This document shows, in pieces, positions 1-9,683 of a DNA stretch of 64,000 bases; within the stretch, counting starts at the first letter, position 1; each line of letters starts with the position of its first letter. The stretch is from positions 32,001 to 96,000 of the IMG/VR virus record IMGVR_UViG_3300020420_000008. One strand, given 5' to 3'. The notes below the pieces were generated by a model. That model worked only from the letters and a program-made list of their open reading frames with translations, made no database searches and was not told the DNA's origin. A program made the position numbers and the translations under genes. Source of the stretch: a virus.

Positions 1-184
1 AATGGTCCGCCCAACCCAAGAGGCAAAGAAGAGTATACTCTAGATGGTAAAATACCTATAAAGAATCAAACAGAATCTTGGTTGAAGTATACTGGACTTG
101 TGTGGTTAGTAGAAAATCCAAAAGCACCATTTGTATGGTTTGCTATTGGAATAAGTTTAATTTTATATATTGAAGGTTTTTGAA

Positions 185-442
185 ATGAGTAACAAAGCAT
201 ATCATAACAAGGGTTTTGCACCTGCTTTTTTATGGATTATATTTTTGACAATGATATTGCCTGTCTTAGGATTATTTACAATTGACGATACATGGGATAG
301 AGTTGTCAACAAATATGCAAGTGCATGGACTTCAGAGTGCTGGCAGAATAGCAAGCATGAGAGAGTATGTAGAGGTGATAATAATTGTAAATTTCTACGT
401 AACTTCTGCACAGAAAATACTTTTAGATGGAGAGAGAATTAA
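185..442 (+). CDS. hypothetical membrane protein
   Basis: ORF with one hydrophobic segment and C-terminal cysteines; ATG at 185 chosen over the upstream TTG. Confidence 0.55.
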   Translation: MSNKAYHNKGFAPAFLWIIFLTMILPVLGLFTIDDTWDRVVNKYASAWTSECWQNSKHERVCRGDNNCKFLRNFCTENTFRWREN

Positions 443-681
443 TGGCAGGTGCTATAAACACTCCTTTGAGACAATTGATTATGGACTGGACAGCCTGTCA
501 ACTATTAGAAAAAGATCCTAATAATCATATACTCAAAAAACTAAGATCCTGGGAACATCCAGAAACTATAGAGTTGAATAAGTTACTGACACAATTTGAG
601 AAAGATAAGAAGTATCCAGAACATTATAATCTGGATTGGGGTTCGATAAAGTATAATGATTTTATGAAAGACGGAGAGTGA
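442..681 (+). CDS. hypothetical protein
   Basis: ORF coupled to the previous stop (TAATG). Confidence 0.55.
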   Translation: MAGAINTPLRQLIMDWTACQLLEKDPNNHILKKLRSWEHPETIELNKLLTQFEKDKKYPEHYNLDWGSIKYNDFMKDGE

Positions 682-682
682 A

Positions 683-1120
683 ATGAAAATTTGGAATTAT
701 GAAATGCCAAAAATACCAGACTTTTGCATGAGTCACTGGTTATTTAGAATACCATTAGCAATAGTTTTTATTCAGCAAGGTGTTATGAAAATACCTGTAA
801 GTGCTGAAGAGGCGGCAACATTCGGCTTATCATATCTAGTTTGGTGGTTTGTTGCTTATGGTGAGTTACTTGGCGGAATAGGACTTATTGTCGGTGGTAT
901 AATGAATAAGCCATACTTACCTATTTTAGATAGATGTTATATTCCAGATATAGGTGATGCAATCACACGTTTTAGTGGTATTACTTTGTGTTGCATTATG
1001 ACTGGTGTTATATGGATTGGTGAACCTGAAAGTATTATGGATGTTATACTATATGATAACTTACATGTGTTCTTATGGGTTGGTGCTTTGTATTTTGCAT
1101 TAAGAGGAAATAGAATATAA
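683..1120 (+). CDS. DoxX-family membrane protein
   Basis: RIPLAIVFIQQGVMK and GELLGGIGLIVG motifs; four hydrophobic segments. Confidence 0.7.
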   Translation: MKIWNYEMPKIPDFCMSHWLFRIPLAIVFIQQGVMKIPVSAEEAATFGLSYLVWWFVAYGELLGGIGLIVGGIMNKPYLPILDRCYIPDIGDAITRFSGITLCCIMTGVIWIGEPESIMDVILYDNLHVFLWVGALYFALRGNRI

Positions 1121-1851
1121 TGATATATGGTGAATTGCCTACTAAACCTGTGGTGTTTGCCGCCTGCGATATAAAATATTTCGTAGAACATGCACCATCT
1201 TTAATATATTCTATTAATGATATAGGTAAAGATATTCACATACATGTGTGTGATCCTGTAGAAGAAACTCACAAGATCGAATCTATATTAAAAGCAGATA
1301 TAGATGTAGATATAACTTTTAGTTATAGCGATATAGGTGCCACACCTATAGACATAAGAGCGTATTATTCATGCTTACGTTTTATGATGTTGCCTAAGCT
1401 TTTACCTCATGCTAAAAAGATGTTAGTAGTGGATACTGATTGTGTGTTTATGAAAGACTTTGAATATCCTAATACACCTACAGGTTACTTTCCTAGGAAA
1501 CCTTTACAAGGTACAATTGGTTGGGAAGCTAAAGGTACACAAGTGGCGGCAGGTTGTGTATATATGGACGAGAGAGCATTACCTGTAGCTGAAGCTTTAT
1601 CAGAAAAAATATCTCAAGGACCTATGAGATGGTTTATTGATCAGATAGCACTAGCTGAAATATTTGAACTTGTAAATGATAATGATATAACTAAGTTTGA
1701 TGGTAACTTCATGGACTGGGAATTTATTGAAGGTACAGTTATATGGACTGGAAAAGGACCTCGTAAACACGAAAATGAAACTTATCTAGAAGCTAAGAAT
1801 AAGTTTAACAGATTACCAAGTGCTGTTAGTAGAATTTGGGAAAAGGCATGA
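1120..1851 (+). CDS. GT-A fold glycosyltransferase-like protein
   Basis: RF...LVVDTDCVF (DxD motif) and W-F-I-DQ motif typical of nucleotide-diphospho-sugar transferases. Confidence 0.6.
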   Translation: MIYGELPTKPVVFAACDIKYFVEHAPSLIYSINDIGKDIHIHVCDPVEETHKIESILKADIDVDITFSYSDIGATPIDIRAYYSCLRFMMLPKLLPHAKKMLVVDTDCVFMKDFEYPNTPTGYFPRKPLQGTIGWEAKGTQVAAGCVYMDERALPVAEALSEKISQGPMRWFIDQIALAEIFELVNDNDITKFDGNFMDWEFIEGTVIWTGKGPRKHENETYLEAKNKFNRLPSAVSRIWEKA

Positions 1852-2834
1852 ACAGAAAAGTCCTGATACTAAAGCCTAGATTAGATTTACCATTCAAGAG
1901 ATTTGGTTTAGAAAAGAGAAAACCTCATATAGAACCAATACGAGTGCATTGGCAAAACTTTGTTGATAAACTTGCTGAATATCATGGTATGAGAAAAGAT
2001 AAAGTAGTTATCATAGAAGAACAGAAATGGAAGTTCTGCGAAAGATTTGTTAGAAGTGGATTTAATCCTGATATAGCTTATATACCTCATACAGACAAAA
2101 AATTATTTAATGGAAGAGAAGAGTGTAGATACTATATGCAAACAGTTTTTCCTTGGTTGTTTACAGTAGATAAAGATGGTTGGGGCGGAACATCTAGTCA
2201 CTCAAAATTAGGTTGGTATGAAGTTGCACCAGATGATGACGCAACATTTGAAGAGTTTAAGAAGAGAGCAATTAAAGGTGAGTCTAAGTATGATCAGCCT
2301 CATGCTGAATTTGTTAATCGTTTTGAAGATGGTTTTATATTCGTTCCTTTACAACTACCTCACGATGAAACTATAAAATATCATGCTAAAGTGGGTGTTA
2401 TTAATTTTGCAGTAGCTATCATGAAATGGGCTTATGAGAAAAGAATAAATGTTGTTTTTAAGAATCACCCTGCTAATCCAAATAGTCTAGAAGATGTAAG
2501 ATTATTTGCTGAACAATATAGTAATGCACATTGGCTAGAGCATCAAGTGAATATACATTCTCTCTTTGCACAAGCAAAAGCAGTATACGTTATAAATTCG
2601 GGCTCAGCTAAAGAAGCTATGTTGCATGATGTGCCTATAGTTAGATTTGGATTAGCTGATTACAATATGGCAGTTATTGAGGGCGATATAAAAGACTTAG
2701 AAAGAACTTGGCAAAAAGTCTTAAATTTAGAAAGAAGAACCATGAAAGAAAACTATAGAACATTTTACAATTGGTTTGTAAATCGTATTTGTTACGATAG
2801 TAGAAATATTGGTAGCTTTCTCAAACTTAGATAG
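1848..2834 (+). CDS. KpsS/KpsC-like capsule polysaccharide synthesis (Kdo-transferase-like) protein
   Basis: FVPLQLPHD, VFKNHP and VINSGSAKEAML..VPIVRFG motifs of the Capsule_synth family. Confidence 0.65.
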   Translation: MNRKVLILKPRLDLPFKRFGLEKRKPHIEPIRVHWQNFVDKLAEYHGMRKDKVVIIEEQKWKFCERFVRSGFNPDIAYIPHTDKKLFNGREECRYYMQTVFPWLFTVDKDGWGGTSSHSKLGWYEVAPDDDATFEEFKKRAIKGESKYDQPHAEFVNRFEDGFIFVPLQLPHDETIKYHAKVGVINFAVAIMKWAYEKRINVVFKNHPANPNSLEDVRLFAEQYSNAHWLEHQVNIHSLFAQAKAVYVINSGSAKEAMLHDVPIVRFGLADYNMAVIEGDIKDLERTWQKVLNLERRTMKENYRTFYNWFVNRICYDSRNIGSFLKLR

Positions 2835-2925
2835 GTGATATGCAAGTAGTTGAAGATTAAACGATTATATATACTGGTGAGTTCACGCTCATTTTTCTTA
2901 ACATTTTTTCAGAAAGGATAAAGCA

Positions 2926-3192
2926 ATGGCAGTTGTAGCAACTGTATACGATAGCACATGTAAAGTATGTGATGTCGTAAGGTATCAAGTATTTAGAGTA
3001 ATTAATCATATTCAAAGATCCAAACAACTTAGTGCTAACATGGCAATTTTTGCCGACATACAAAATGTTGACAAAGATGCTGGTTATCATTTGGCGAATA
3101 TGAATGATGCTACAAATAAAAAATATAATGAGAGATTGAAAAATTTTAAAAAATATAGTATATGGGGTTGGGAAGATCCCACTGACGATTGA
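2926..3192 (+). CDS. hypothetical protein
   Basis: ORF with AGGA RBS. Confidence 0.55.
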   Translation: MAVVATVYDSTCKVCDVVRYQVFRVINHIQRSKQLSANMAIFADIQNVDKDAGYHLANMNDATNKKYNERLKNFKKYSIWGWEDPTDD

Positions 3193-3292
3193 GTCTTGAC
3201 AGATGACACTTAATAATGTTATATTTGTTCTAATAGTAATTTTATTAATCATGCTATCGTTTAAGTTAGGCATAGCAATATAAGGAGATTAT

Positions 3293-3541
3293 ATGTCACA
3301 TTTAAGAAGACAAATGTTAGTTGCAGTTAGAGATCATGCACAAGCACATATTGATAAACATCGTATGAATGTTGAAATCTATTTGACAAATCCTGTGGGT
3401 GTTGGTGAACATTCGGAAGTTATGGACGAAATAGAAAAGCAGTTAGAAGAGATGGCTAAGTATGAAGATCACTTAGAGATTCTTGATAAATATTTTAATG
3501 AGTATCAAGATCCAGTTAATCTAACTGAAGACAATTCGTAA
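3293..3541 (+). CDS. conserved small T4-like phage protein
   Basis: strong AAGGAG RBS; NVEIYLTNPVGVGEH motif recalled from marine T4-like phages. Confidence 0.65.
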   Translation: MSHLRRQMLVAVRDHAQAHIDKHRMNVEIYLTNPVGVGEHSEVMDEIEKQLEEMAKYEDHLEILDKYFNEYQDPVNLTEDNS

Positions 3542-3555
3542 GATTCGGATTACCA

Positions 3556-3786
3556 ATGTATACTATTTACGGACGTCCGAATTGTGGTTGGTGTGTACGT
3601 GCTAAAGGTTTATTATCTTCTAATAATATGGAATATAAGTATATAGACATATATGAAGATAATAAGTCGTTGGCATTTTTAAAAGAGCAAGGGTACAAAA
3701 CTGTACCTCAAATTTATGATGATGATATGCATATAGGTGGTTTTAACGATTTAGAAATACATTTAATGCATTTTAACGGGAGCTAA
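3556..3786 (+). CDS. nrdC: glutaredoxin
   Basis: CGWC active site, TVPQI and IGGF motifs. Confidence 0.9.
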   Translation: MYTIYGRPNCGWCVRAKGLLSSNNMEYKYIDIYEDNKSLAFLKEQGYKTVPQIYDDDMHIGGFNDLEIHLMHFNGS

Positions 3787-3793
3787 ATATATT

Positions 3794-4111
3794 ATGAGTG
3801 ATTACAATATGCAAAGTATGGAGTTTGATACTGACATTATGAAAGATATCGAAAAACAAAGAATTGTAGAACAACTTGAAGAAGGTGTTCTCGTAATAAA
3901 TTTCACAAAAAAAGATGGTACTACACGTAGAATGAAAGCAACTCTACGTGAAGATATTCACGGATATGCTGGTGCTAATAGGGATCCTTTGGGACCTAAA
4001 GCTAATGTTGAACGTGAAATTCTTAAAGAGTATCTTGCAGTATATGACACTGAAAAGAAAGATTGGCGTTCTTTTCGTTGGGATTCATTAATAGGAGTTA
4101 ATAATGGCTGA
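3794..4111 (+). CDS. WYL_2/SH3-barrel protein (T4 a-gt.4-like)
   Basis: FTKKDGTTRRMKAT...VYDTEKKDWRSFR motif. Confidence 0.75.
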   Translation: MSDYNMQSMEFDTDIMKDIEKQRIVEQLEEGVLVINFTKKDGTTRRMKATLREDIHGYAGANRDPLGPKANVEREILKEYLAVYDTEKKDWRSFRWDSLIGVNNG

Positions 4112-5168
4112 AGCACAAGCAACTGAAAATCCAGATGAGTTTTCTTTAAAAACAGTACAGAAACAAGGTGGTATCATGAATGATGATGGTACATATCGTG
4201 AGTCATTTGGTGGTACTGAACTGATGACTAAAGCTTTAGAGCAGTATGTTGATAAAGATTTATTAGAGCAATTTAATATAATTAAATCTAGAGTTCGTAC
4301 CGTATCTGAAGATAAACCAAATGTTCTTTGGTTGCACGATTTATGGAATGATCCAGAAAATGAACATCTAAAAGATGCAGAAGCAAGAAAGAGATTTTCA
4401 CGTTTAGTTTTTGTTTCTAATTGGCAACTAACGACATATCAGTTAGGTTTAGGTGTGCCTTATTCTGAATCATTTGTTCTTAAAAATGCTATCGATCCTA
4501 TACAGGTTCCAGGAAATGCAGACGGAACTTTGAATAAAGATAAAGACGTAATACGTTTAATTTATCATACAACACCTCACAGAGGATTAAACATTGCAGT
4601 TGCTGGTGTTCAAGCTTTATGGGAAAATGGCTATAAAGATAAAATACATTTTGATGTATACTCTTCTTTTGAAGCTTATGGTTGGCCCGAAAGAGATGAA
4701 CCATACAAAGATATTTTCAAGACTATAGAAGAACATGATGGTATGACATATCATGGTTTTCAACCTAACAATGTTGTTAGAGAGGCTTTAGGTAAAGCAC
4801 ACATCTTTGCATATCCTAGCATATGGCAAGAAACATCATGTATATCAGCTATTGAAGCTTTGTCTGGTGGTGTACAAGTAGTATGTCCTAATCTTGGTGC
4901 ATTACCTGAAACTACAGGCAACTTTGCAACAATGTATAACTTTCATGAAAATCTACAGTTTCATGCTAATGTATTTGCAAATTTTCTCAAAGGTGCAATA
5001 GATAATTGTCAAAGTGACGATATGCAAAAGAAAGCAATCTTCGCTAAAAATTGGTGTGATAATTTCTATAACTGGGAAATTCGTAAAAACGAATGGATAG
5101 GCATGTTCAATGGATTACTTCAAGTAGAAAAATCAAAGAAAGAACTTGCGAATGGAAAAGGAACCTGA
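4104..5168 (+). CDS. GT4-family (GT-B) glycosyltransferase
   Basis: GGTE N-terminal motif and YPSIWQETSCISAIEA (E-x7-E) motif. Confidence 0.85.
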   Translation: MAEAQATENPDEFSLKTVQKQGGIMNDDGTYRESFGGTELMTKALEQYVDKDLLEQFNIIKSRVRTVSEDKPNVLWLHDLWNDPENEHLKDAEARKRFSRLVFVSNWQLTTYQLGLGVPYSESFVLKNAIDPIQVPGNADGTLNKDKDVIRLIYHTTPHRGLNIAVAGVQALWENGYKDKIHFDVYSSFEAYGWPERDEPYKDIFKTIEEHDGMTYHGFQPNNVVREALGKAHIFAYPSIWQETSCISAIEALSGGVQVVCPNLGALPETTGNFATMYNFHENLQFHANVFANFLKGAIDNCQSDDMQKKAIFAKNWCDNFYNWEIRKNEWIGMFNGLLQVEKSKKELANGKGT

Positions 5169-5406
5169 TAGATACTACGATTGGATACTTTGGATGTCTA
5201 AAAAAGAAAACAATAAAGAAAAATCTATAGAAGATCAGATTATAGGTATGGGTGCTGGAGCAGGAGGTAGAAATATCGCAGAAGAGTTTCAGTTACCTAA
5301 ACCAAAGGTAATGTCAAATGCTACAGAAGAAGTGGTTCGACATCTAAATAGGATTGAGGCAAAAGTAGATTTACTTTTATCTAAATTAGATGGAGGACTA
5401 AAATGA
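5152..5406 (+). CDS. hypothetical protein
   Basis: ORF overlapping the previous gene. Confidence 0.5.
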   Translation: MEKEPDRYYDWILWMSKKENNKEKSIEDQIIGMGAGAGGRNIAEEFQLPKPKVMSNATEEVVRHLNRIEAKVDLLLSKLDGGLK

Positions 5407-5507
5407 TATTTTTTAGATTTAAAAGATTCACTGTATCTTATTGTACATATTGTGGTTCAGAACTAGATAGTTCAGATTTCTGTCCTAGATGTAGAGTAAG
5501 AAGATGA
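5403..5507 (+). CDS. 34-aa zinc-ribbon microprotein (not in ORF track)
   Basis: MIFFRFKRFTVSYCTYCGSELDSSDFCPRCRVRR*; GGAGG RBS; ATGA overlaps with both neighbours. Confidence 0.7.
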   Translation: MIFFRFKRFTVSYCTYCGSELDSSDFCPRCRVRR

Positions 5508-5758
5508 GAGATGAATGGGACGATATTCCTGAAGACGATGTAGATGAAGTCTTTAGAGATGTTCTAGAATTAGTAATGGATAAAATGCAAGAAGGTTGTA
5601 ACCCCATGGCTCTTGCAGGTGTCATGATGGCTCAAGCTATGATGATGTACAAAACTCATTTAACAGAAGATGGTTACGATAAAGTCTGTAAAATGATATT
5701 AGAAAAGCGTAATAGAGTAGGTGAATCAGGAAAAAATTTAAGTAAATATCTACATTAA
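5504..5758 (+). CDS. hypothetical acidic protein
   Basis: ORF coupled by ATGA overlap. Confidence 0.55.
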   Translation: MRDEWDDIPEDDVDEVFRDVLELVMDKMQEGCNPMALAGVMMAQAMMMYKTHLTEDGYDKVCKMILEKRNRVGESGKNLSKYLH

Positions 5759-5761
5759 CTA

Positions 5762-5807
5762 TTGACATATCCTCTCCTTTTGCTATCCTATTATTGTAAG
5801 TGATTCG
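5762..5807 (+). promoter_or_regulatory. sigma70-type early promoter with downstream GTAAGTGATTCG element
   Basis: TTGACA at 5762, TGCTAT at 5781, GTAAGTGATTCG at 5796-5807; same spacing as the promoter at 6141. Confidence 0.7.
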
Positions 5808-5822
5808 AAAGAGAGAGAAAAT

Positions 5823-6137
5823 ATGATAGACATTAAAAAAAACTTGAAACAAACAGATTCAGTTTTCATAGATACCCACAGCAATAAAAAAATAGGTGTT
5901 TATATCGGTGCTGGTAACTTAGTCGGTACTGCTAAGAACGCTCTTGAATTGCTAAAAATAATCAAGAAAAATTATATAGACTTACACATGACTAATCTAT
6001 TCTTTTGTAGCGGAATGGACTTCGCTACTGAAGTTGGTTTTGCTGATGATGGTGATGCTAGAAAGATATTCTTTGACATGCAAGCATTATGGTTAGAAGA
6101 TTTGAAGTGGTATTTTGACAAGTTAGTTGAAAATTAA
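5823..6137 (+). CDS. hypothetical early protein
   Basis: ORF directly after the promoter, GAGAGAG RBS. Confidence 0.6.
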   Translation: MIDIKKNLKQTDSVFIDTHSNKKIGVYIGAGNLVGTAKNALELLKIIKKNYIDLHMTNLFFCSGMDFATEVGFADDGDARKIFFDMQALWLEDLKWYFDKLVEN

Positions 6138-6140
6138 TGG

Positions 6141-6186
6141 TTGACTTTATTTGTCAGTGTGCTATTATAATAGTGTAAGTGATTCG
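6141..6186 (+). promoter_or_regulatory. sigma70-type early promoter with downstream GTAAGTGATTCG element
   Basis: TTGACT at 6141, TGCTATTATAAT at 6160-6171, GTAAGTGATTCG at 6175-6186. Confidence 0.7.
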
Positions 6187-6210
6187 TTAATAACAAAGAG
6201 AGAAAAAAAT

Positions 6211-6411
6211 ATGACAACATTCTTCGCAACTTCAATCGAACATATCACCACCACCAAAGACGGTGACAAGTTCATAGTTAGTTCTTCTTTTGCCGGTGCT
6301 GACGGCGACACTGCAAAAGAGTCAGAAGCAAATGCGATTGCTAGTTATGAGAAAGCAGGACACACTGCTGATGAATTGATTTCGATTACGACAGTTGAAT
6401 TAGATTATTAA
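6211..6411 (+). CDS. hypothetical early protein
   Basis: ATG at 6211 follows the promoter and GAGAG RBS; the upstream TTG start lies inside the promoter. Confidence 0.6.
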   Translation: MTTFFATSIEHITTTKDGDKFIVSSSFAGADGDTAKESEANAIASYEKAGHTADELISITTVELDY

Positions 6412-6424
6412 GAGAGAGGTTAAT

Positions 6425-6616
6425 ATGAACGATATAGATATTTTTGATTATTCGAATGCAATAGACATACTCATTGGTATGTCAGACAATCAACTACAAA
6501 CTCTAGCTACAAAGCTAGTTGATAGGTTTCCAAAAACCGCCGATTGTTTTGAAACTTATTTGTGCGCCGCCAGTGCGGATAAGATTGCTAATGAGAATTT
6601 TCTTTCAAAATTATGA
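6425..6616 (+). CDS. hypothetical early protein
   Basis: GAGAGG RBS. Confidence 0.55.
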   Translation: MNDIDIFDYSNAIDILIGMSDNQLQTLATKLVDRFPKTADCFETYLCAASADKIANENFLSKL

Positions 6617-6628
6617 TTGGAGGTTAAT

Positions 6629-6835
6629 ATGATAGTGAATACAGAATTACGTGAACATCAAAAAAAGCTTAAAGAAGCTATGAAACACTTTATGGGCGGT
6701 ACTTCAGAGTCAACTCATAAAGATGAAGCCTTTGCAAAAGGTTTACATGTTCTTGCAGTTGAGATTGGTAAAATTCAAGCACAACTAGATAGAGCAGATG
6801 AAAATGGTGAATGGGGTCCGTTTCCATTCGATTGA
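6629..6835 (+). CDS. hypothetical early protein
   Basis: GGAGG RBS before ATG 6629. Confidence 0.6.
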   Translation: MIVNTELREHQKKLKEAMKHFMGGTSESTHKDEAFAKGLHVLAVEIGKIQAQLDRADENGEWGPFPFD

Positions 6836-6843
6836 GAGGTAAA

Positions 6844-6966
6844 ATGATAAAAAAATATATAAAGAAAGTAGCAGTAACAATATTAGAAGCAGTAAGTTTG
6901 TTTTCGATATTCGCTATCGGATACGTAGTATTAATAATTTGTCATGATGGAGGTTGCACATGGTAA
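6844..6966 (+). CDS. 40-aa single-pass membrane microprotein (not in ORF track)
   Basis: MIKKYIKKVAVTILEAVSLFSIFAIGYVVLIICHDGGCTW*; GAGG RBS. Confidence 0.5.
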   Translation: MIKKYIKKVAVTILEAVSLFSIFAIGYVVLIICHDGGCTW

Positions 6967-7343
6967 GAAGACGTAGAATGTCCGCAGAAGCCCGTAAGGC
7001 GGCTGGTGAAAGACTAGCGAAAGCTAGAGAGGAAAGGGCAAAGAAGAACCCGCCTAAACTAACACACATACACCCCGATGTTTTAGCAAAAGGTGAGGAT
7101 CACCCACTTTGCTACAAAAATGTAAAAGCTTGGTTAGTTTACAACAAAGCTATGTTACCAAGCTTGAAAAAGAATGTTCGTGCTAATGCTAAAGGTGCAA
7201 CTGCACGACTTATGGAAGTAGAGGGATATATCAGAAATCTGAATACCTATCTACGTAGTGGTGTTTATCTCGACTTGTTCTATGGTGCTGATCAAGAGAA
7301 ATTGATCAAGTATCGAACTGTGGTGCCAGCTGGAGATAAATAA
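6960..7343 (+). CDS. basic hypothetical protein
   Basis: GGAGG RBS; Arg/Lys-rich N-terminus. Confidence 0.6.
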   Translation: MVRRRRMSAEARKAAGERLAKAREERAKKNPPKLTHIHPDVLAKGEDHPLCYKNVKAWLVYNKAMLPSLKKNVRANAKGATARLMEVEGYIRNLNTYLRSGVYLDLFYGADQEKLIKYRTVVPAGDK

Positions 7344-7480
7344 CATAGCAGAGTAATTTTTACCGGTGCGGTTAGTTTTGAACTCTTTAAACTCAGAAAC
7401 TAAAGTAGCGAGTTAATGTTTTTTGATAGTTTTTTAAACTCACATAAAGAAAAAAACTATCATAACTATAAGGAAAGAAT

Positions 7481-7837
7481 ATGAATAACATTGTAAAGTT
7501 TCCAAATGATTATGTACCACCTGAGCAAGAGACTCTCTCAGACTTGAAAAAGAATATTGAGAAGAACAAGGAAATTTATATCAACAATGTTGTTGATCAA
7601 CACAGTAGTAATCTCTTAGCAAATATCTCTTTATCAGGATTTAACATAGACAAAGACGAGTTTATGAAAGATTTTGCTTTTACTGTAGAAACAATCCGTT
7701 CGTCACTTTATCGTAACATGGGACTACATCACCATTTTCAAGAACACATTGATGCTAATGTAGAAGTAACTGGTATTGAAGAACTAGGTGAGGATCAACA
7801 AATGTCTCTAGATTTTGGTAACAAAGATGATGAGTAG
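7481..7837 (+). CDS. hypothetical protein upstream of RNase H
   Basis: ORF with AAGGA RBS. Confidence 0.6.
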   Translation: MNNIVKFPNDYVPPEQETLSDLKKNIEKNKEIYINNVVDQHSSNLLANISLSGFNIDKDEFMKDFAFTVETIRSSLYRNMGLHHHFQEHIDANVEVTGIEELGEDQQMSLDFGNKDDE

Positions 7838-8014
7838 TGTAGACTTACAAACTCACGCCGTTCTCAAAAGAGAAGTTAATAATGAAAAACTACCAAAAGA
7901 AGTGAAAGAATGGTTAGAAAAAAGAATTGAAGAATTAGAGTCTAAGAAGGAGACTTGACAAAACACTCTAATATGTGATATAAATAAAGATAGATAATTA
8001 AATAGAGTAATATA

Positions 8015-8878
8015 ATGATACTTTTGGACTTAAATCAGGTTATGATTAGTAACCTGATGATACAACTCCAAAATAACAATGACGAGATAGAAGAAGGTAT
8101 GGTACGTCATATGGTTCTTAATTCTATCCGGTTGTACAATGTTAAGTTTGGAGAAAAATATGGTGAGATGATAATCGCCTGTGATGATAAGAATTACTGG
8201 CGAAAGAGTATCTTTCCTTATTACAAAGCACACAGAAAAGCAGACAGAGAAAAATCACCATTAGATTGGAATAACATATTCAGTATTCTCAATAAAATAC
8301 GTGATGAACTCAAAGAAACATTTCCTTGGAAAGTTATACAAGTCGATACGGCAGAAGCAGATGATATTATAGCTACTATCTGTAATCGTTTTGGTAAGAC
8401 ACTCAAAGCTGAAGATGATATTGATATACTAATTATATCTGGTGATAAAGACTTTGCACAACTACAAAAGTATGCAAACGTAGAACAGTATTCACCAGTA
8501 ACTAAGAAGTGGATACGTATCAGTAATCCAGAGTCTTTCTTACGTGAACATATTATGAGAGGTGATAGAGGTGATGGTGTGCCTAACTTTCTATCGGCAG
8601 ATAATGTAATAGTTACAGGTGCTAGACAAAAACCTCTTGCATCGAAAAAGATAGAGAAATGGATAGGTTTAGATCCTAGAGATTTCTGCAATGAAGTGAT
8701 GTTAAGAAATTACAAGAGAAATGAATCTTTAGTCAATTTAGCTTTGATACCTTCAGCTATCGTCAATCAAGTAAATGAAAAGTATGATAATTATAAAATA
8801 CCCCCAAAAAGTGGACTACTTAACTATTTTATAAAGAATAGATTAAAGCTACTTATGGACAAAATTGGAGAATTTTAA
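8015..8878 (+). CDS. rnh: T4 RNase H (5'-3' exonuclease)
   Basis: YKAHR, EADDII, SGDKDFAQL and GDRGDGVPN motifs. Confidence 0.95.
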   Translation: MILLDLNQVMISNLMIQLQNNNDEIEEGMVRHMVLNSIRLYNVKFGEKYGEMIIACDDKNYWRKSIFPYYKAHRKADREKSPLDWNNIFSILNKIRDELKETFPWKVIQVDTAEADDIIATICNRFGKTLKAEDDIDILIISGDKDFAQLQKYANVEQYSPVTKKWIRISNPESFLREHIMRGDRGDGVPNFLSADNVIVTGARQKPLASKKIEKWIGLDPRDFCNEVMLRNYKRNESLVNLALIPSAIVNQVNEKYDNYKIPPKSGLLNYFIKNRLKLLMDKIGEF

Positions 8879-9315
8879 TGCCTGCAAGATCATTACATAG
8901 TATCTTTTCTGAAAACGAAAAAATAAAAGGAAAGATTGAACGTGTTCGACATATGAGAGAAAACTATACACCAGCAATGGGTATAGTTTTAGAGTTTACA
9001 TATAACCCTGCGAATAAATGGTTACTACCAAAAGGTACACCACCATATAAGAAGAATGAAATACCTTGGGATAATCAAGGACAACTTCACCATGAAGTAC
9101 GTAGGTTTTATTTGTTTACAGAGGGCAATACCGAAGCACAACGAAATCTAACCGATTTGAGAAGAGAAACTTTGTTCATTGATATGTTAGAAAATCTACC
9201 TGATGAAGAAGCTAAAATTTTATTAGGTATGAAAGCTGGTAAATTACCTTATAAAGGGTTCACTAAAAAGTTTGTTATGGAATGCTATCCAGCTATGTGT
9301 GAGTCTTGGGAATAA
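8878..9315 (+). CDS. conserved T4-like protein usually adjacent to rnh
   Basis: LPKGTPPY and RRETLFIDMLENL..EEA motifs. Confidence 0.7.
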   Translation: MPARSLHSIFSENEKIKGKIERVRHMRENYTPAMGIVLEFTYNPANKWLLPKGTPPYKKNEIPWDNQGQLHHEVRRFYLFTEGNTEAQRNLTDLRRETLFIDMLENLPDEEAKILLGMKAGKLPYKGFTKKFVMECYPAMCESWE

Positions 9316-9316
9316 A

Positions 9317-9499
9317 ATGTTTAAATTGGTTTTTATACTAATGATAATGAATGGTTCTGAAGTAGAAGGACAGATAACGTATTCTAGTATGCAGAAGTGT
9401 ATTTGGTATGCAAGTCAAATAAATGCACATGAAGATAGATTAGTAGGTAATTATTCAGCATGGTGTAAACCTGTGGCTGTAGAAAAGGTAGAAGAATGA
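9317..9499 (+). CDS. small secreted/membrane protein
   Basis: hydrophobic N-terminus, two Cys. Confidence 0.5.
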   Translation: MFKLVFILMIMNGSEVEGQITYSSMQKCIWYASQINAHEDRLVGNYSAWCKPVAVEKVEE

Positions 9500-9681
9500 T
9501 ATATGGTTGGATTTTAATAGCAGTTACATTGTATCCAGATGGTACACTAGAGGGCGAAGGCTTAGATTATTTTAATACTTATGAAGCTTGTTTTGAAAAA
9601 ATGAAAGAACTGTCAGTTACAGGACAAGGAATAGGGTACACTTGTATAGATGATTATGTTGATGTGAGGCATGAGATTTAA
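9496..9681 (+). CDS. small secreted/membrane protein
   Basis: similar architecture to the preceding ORF (hydrophobic start, two Cys). Confidence 0.5.
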   Translation: MIYGWILIAVTLYPDGTLEGEGLDYFNTYEACFEKMKELSVTGQGIGYTCIDDYVDVRHEI

Positions 9682-9683
9682 GA

